Part shown: positions 60,775 through 64,000 of the stretch, piece by piece
How positions within the stretch are numbered: position 1 is the first letter of the stretch
Layout of the letters: each line of letters opens with the position of its first letter
Assembly (NCBI GenBank): GCA_023205875.1
Contig: CP060759.1
Location: forward strand, 1-64,000
Direction: 5' to 3'
DNA from: Chloropicon primus
Lineage: Eukaryota
Length of the DNA stretch: 64,000 nt
Notes under the pieces: model-generated
What the model was told of the DNA's origin: nothing
The model's input: the letters and a program-made list of their open reading frames with translations, nothing else
Database searches by the model: none
Made by a program: the position numbers and the translations under genes

Positions 60775-61319
60775 CCGACGGTTCAGGCCCATTGGTGAAT
60801 ATATCCAACTTGTTCCAACCACCGATGCCTATGCCTCTGCCTCCGTTCTTGTCTGGTGATGCTGCTGCTGCTGCTGCTGATGATGATGTTGGTACTATTG
60901 GTGATGATTGCTGCTGTTGCTGTTGCTGATGCTGACGTTGGTGATGTTGGTGATGTTGGTGATGTTGGAGTTATAACGGTGATCCCTCCCTCCCTTGCTT
61001 CCTTCCTGGTGTGTTGACCCTTGACCACCACCATGAGATCCATCTCCAAAATTTTGGGGATTCAAATGATTTGCATTCCAAGAATGAGAAACGCGTAGTC
61101 GTCGTCTCGCATCAGCGCCAGCAGCGCAACGTTACCACTGTGTCGTCGTCGTCGCCGCCGCATCAGCTCAGAACCAGAAGCGCAACGTCTTACCACTGTG
61201 TCGTCGTCGGCGGCGCACCAGCATCAGCATCGTGATCATCTTACCGCCGCCTCGTCGTCGTGGTTTTAGAGAACCAGAACCGTTACGGTGTGCCACGTTT
61301 TATCGTAACGGCTGAGGGG

Positions 61320-62465
61320 ATGGTGGCGTCGTCGTCATCGTCGTCGTGGCTCGTCAAGGTTGTCCTGGTGCTCCTGTCGTCGAGCGCGCTGGTGGCCTCG
61401 GTGGCGTGGGCGCAGGGTGCGGGTGCTTGCTTCGACACCCTTGGCAGGCAGATCGACAGCAGGAATGATTTGAGGTACTTCTCGAGCGCGCTCCGGGAGG
61501 CCGAGCTCGACGCCTCGCTCGACGGCCCGGGGCCGTACCTCGTCCTCGCGCCCTCGGACAAGGCGTTCGAGTCCCTCCGGTCGGACGAGTCCGGGGACCT
61601 GCTAAACATGGAGCTGTCCAAGCTGGTCGCCTTCCATCTCGCGGGCGCCAAGGGGTACGAGGACTTTTTGCGCTCGAGGGCGGGCCAATCCTTTGGCCTC
61701 AGCACCCTCTGCAGCGACTGCGGCAACCTGGAGGTCACTTCCCTCCAGTCGGGCCAGGTCCTGGTGGGCGAAGCGAGGGTCGAGTCGACTCTGGAGACGT
61801 GCAATGGGCTTCTGGTCGTCATCGACGAGATTCTCAGGCCGGGAAGGAGCGTTCCGGGGTCCTCGCCGCCGGAGCTGGAGTGCTCCTCCTCGGACCCGTC
61901 GTGCTGCGACGCGCCCCCCCCGGAGTATTCCTGCATGGAGCAGAAGATCTGGGGCAAGTGCGACGAGGCTTGGCTCGTCGTGGGCGGCTACTGCAAGTTC
62001 ACATGCGGACGGTGCGGAACTAGACCCACGTTCCGTGAGCCCGCCCGTGAGCAGCCCGAGGAGGAGATTGGTCGCCGCGGGGGGGATTCCGGCCGGGGAT
62101 CCCGGAGGCAGCCCCGGTCCCCCGCCAGGTACCCTTGCGAGTGCACGAACGACGGTTACTCTGGAAACGTTCAAACTGACCGCCGCGGCTGCTTCACCAT
62201 CAACGTGGCGGAGGAGGCCGCGGCGAGGTACGCCGGCAACGCGGGAGGCAGGGTCGGCGAGGCCATCGCCGGATACTGGGGCGGGGACGCCGCTCAGTTC
62301 TCCTCCTACTTTGCGGGCCTGTGGAGCAACGTCGCCCAGAGCTGGGCCCGGACCAACATGAGAGATTCTACCACGAACATCTGCTACGTGGTCGATCCGC
62401 AAAACTGCGCTTCCTCGAGGGAGAGCGAGCTCTTCCCCGGGGCTCGCTGGCGCTCCTGCGACTAG
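61320..62465 (+). CDS. Secreted fasciclin protein with both the ShK-like module and the Cys-rich C-terminal domain
   Basis: Signal peptide; GPYLVLAPSDKAF; CCDAPPPEYSCMEQKIWGKC...CKFTCGRC; CECTNDG...CYVVDP...WRSCD. Confidence 0.82.
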   Translation: MVASSSSSSWLVKVVLVLLSSSALVASVAWAQGAGACFDTLGRQIDSRNDLRYFSSALREAELDASLDGPGPYLVLAPSDKAFESLRSDESGDLLNMELSKLVAFHLAGAKGYEDFLRSRAGQSFGLSTLCSDCGNLEVTSLQSGQVLVGEARVESTLETCNGLLVVIDEILRPGRSVPGSSPPELECSSSDPSCCDAPPPEYSCMEQKIWGKCDEAWLVVGGYCKFTCGRCGTRPTFREPAREQPEEEIGRRGGDSGRGSRRQPRSPARYPCECTNDGYSGNVQTDRRGCFTINVAEEAAARYAGNAGGRVGEAIAGYWGGDAAQFSSYFAGLWSNVAQSWARTNMRDSTTNICYVVDPQNCASSRESELFPGARWRSCD

Positions 62466-62921
62466 CCGGGCTGTTCAAGATGCATGATGTAAGTGGATGA
62501 AACAGCAACTAACAACAGCAAGCTCACTGTTGCCTTTGCAAAACATATACATATATAGACGTCTCTCTCTCCCTCCCCCTCTCTCCCTCCTCGTTCCTCG
62601 TCCTCCACCGCAACTCGTTGACCCTTCTTCTGGTTCCCCCCACCTTTCTTGACTTCCCTCCTTCCCCCTTGCGTCCTCCTGAACCTCTCCAGCTCACTCC
62701 CCCTCTCGGCGCCATGCCAGCCTAATTAGGGCTCCAGAGGCTTTATCAGCGCGGGGGGCGACCTCATCTAAACAAGGAGAGAGAGAGGGGGGCGTGTTAT
62801 ATATGTATTGTTTCTATATATAAAAAAGATATGAAATATATGATTGGGAGAGAGACAGAGAGAGACATCGGTTGCTCGAGGAGAAGATGAAGAAGACGAG
62901 AAAAAAAAAGCATGATGAAAG

Positions 62922-64000
62922 CTAAGCTGCGGAATGGAAGTACTTGTCGGTCCACGTGTCTGCCTTGTTACGCGCGTGCGGGTTCGGCTGCACGCCAATC
63001 TGCGACGCGTGCAGCTTCAGGCACGTCTTCCCAGGCTGCGACTCCGATTGCAGGTACCCTTTCGCCTCCAGCTCTGCCGCGGGGATGATCCAAAAGTATG
63101 CTTTGCCTTCCACCCACGCCACCGCCACTAGCTCGTCGAACGCCCCTGCCGGGTAAGGATCTTGCAGCCGCTTGCCCGCCTCGTCACGCCCGGCGTAGGT
63201 GTTCAGGCTGCACATAAACCCGGCGGCGCCGTTAGACGCCGCGCTCGCCGTCTTGAACTGCTGGCGCGTCGTCGCATCCTTGAGCAGGTCGACTTGGGTG
63301 TTCTGTCCCTCGGGGAAGGCGTAGCGGTGCTTTGGGAAGCTCGCCTTGAACGCGTCGATGCCGCGCATCTCGAGCGCTTGGGCCGCGGACGCGAAGTCGT
63401 GCCGCGCGGCGTGCTCGGTGACGGTCGTCCACCGACACAGATGGGCCTGGGCCTGGGCCTGCTCGCTCAGCCATTGCACGAGCGCGTCGAGGTTGAGGTC
63501 ACGCGCGAGCGCGAGCTCACAGTTCTTGCGGCGGGGGGTGACGCTCAGGTCCAGCTTGCCGCGCTCGTTCAGCGCGTTGCCGTTGTACACCCACGCATCG
63601 CCGACGTCGCACCGCCAGCACACCACACACATCCCCGAGTAGCCGGTGACGTTGTGGAAGTTCCACGTATTCGGGCTACCCTTCACGGTGCCGCTCGTCG
63701 TCTTGAGCTGCACCGGCAGCCACGCGTCCTCCTCGCTCAGGCGGAGGAGGACGTCGGCTTTCGTACCGTCGTTTAGCACGAGCGCCGCGCTCGCGGGGAA
63801 GGTCGCCTCCCATCTGGCGACGAGGGCGAGCGCCACTTCGCGCTCCGTGGCGGAGTTCCGGCCGTAGATCGCCAGGTTGCGGGCGCGCTTCACCGCGAGC
63901 GCGGCTCGGTCGGTCTCCCTCTTCTTGAGTTTGCCCGCGCGGTACGCCTCGAGGGCGGCGACGGCCTCCGCCACGGTGGCGAAGTATTCCGGGCGGCGAC
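62922..64000 (-). CDS. Putative tandem PD-(D/E)xK nuclease-like protein, 5'-truncated by the window edge
   Basis: Frame is open to 63998; two D...QxKT motifs (KADVLL...VQLKTT; QVDLL...QQFKTA), each followed by Y...hydrophobic strands (WVY, WIIP). Confidence 0.6.
   Translation of the reverse strand, partial: RRPEYFATVAEAVAALEAYRAGKLKKRETDRAALAVKRARNLAIYGRNSATEREVALALVARWEATFPASAALVLNDGTKADVLLRLSEEDAWLPVQLKTTSGTVKGSPNTWNFHNVTGYSGMCVVCWRCDVGDAWVYNGNALNERGKLDLSVTPRRKNCELALARDLNLDALVQWLSEQAQAQAHLCRWTTVTEHAARHDFASAAQALEMRGIDAFKASFPKHRYAFPEGQNTQVDLLKDATTRQQFKTASAASNGAAGFMCSLNTYAGRDEAGKRLQDPYPAGAFDELVAVAWVEGKAYFWIIPAAELEAKGYLQSESQPGKTCLKLHASQIGVQPNPHARNKADTWTDKYFHSAA

Overview
This window looks like a chromosome end from a compact, GC-rich eukaryotic green microalga. 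A prasinophyte-grade picoalga such as Chloropicon is inferred from the CCTAAAA-type telomere repeats, cycloartenol synthase, OSB and Ycf36 genes, short GT-AG introns and microsatellite-rich spacers. It opens with degenerate telomeric repeats and a 198-bp subtelomeric satellite, followed by about 35 tightly packed protein genes, including centrin, TRM8, OSB, DNAJC9, CAS1, plastid L18, an EGF/RING ligase, FIP1, L34, ARMC6, a kinase, ATG4, OATP, TTC12, Ycf36, RBX1, a PEP-mutase-family lyase, two PLAC8 and three fasciclins. The most striking signal is a circularly permuted tRNA-Ala(CGC) gene on the minus strand (7025-7112), with the 3' half encoded upstream of the 5' half, a 15-nt spacer and a Pol III terminator. 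Other notable items are a 1586-aa PAN-SGNH-acyltransferase3-propeller fusion, a microhomology-bounded 1.5-kb tandem duplication, a domain-shuffled fasciclin trio, a spliced 55-aa cysteine-rich microprotein that the ORF track does not assemble, and a tandem PD-(D/E)xK nuclease-like ORF at the right edge. All family calls come from reading motifs by eye; no database searches were run.
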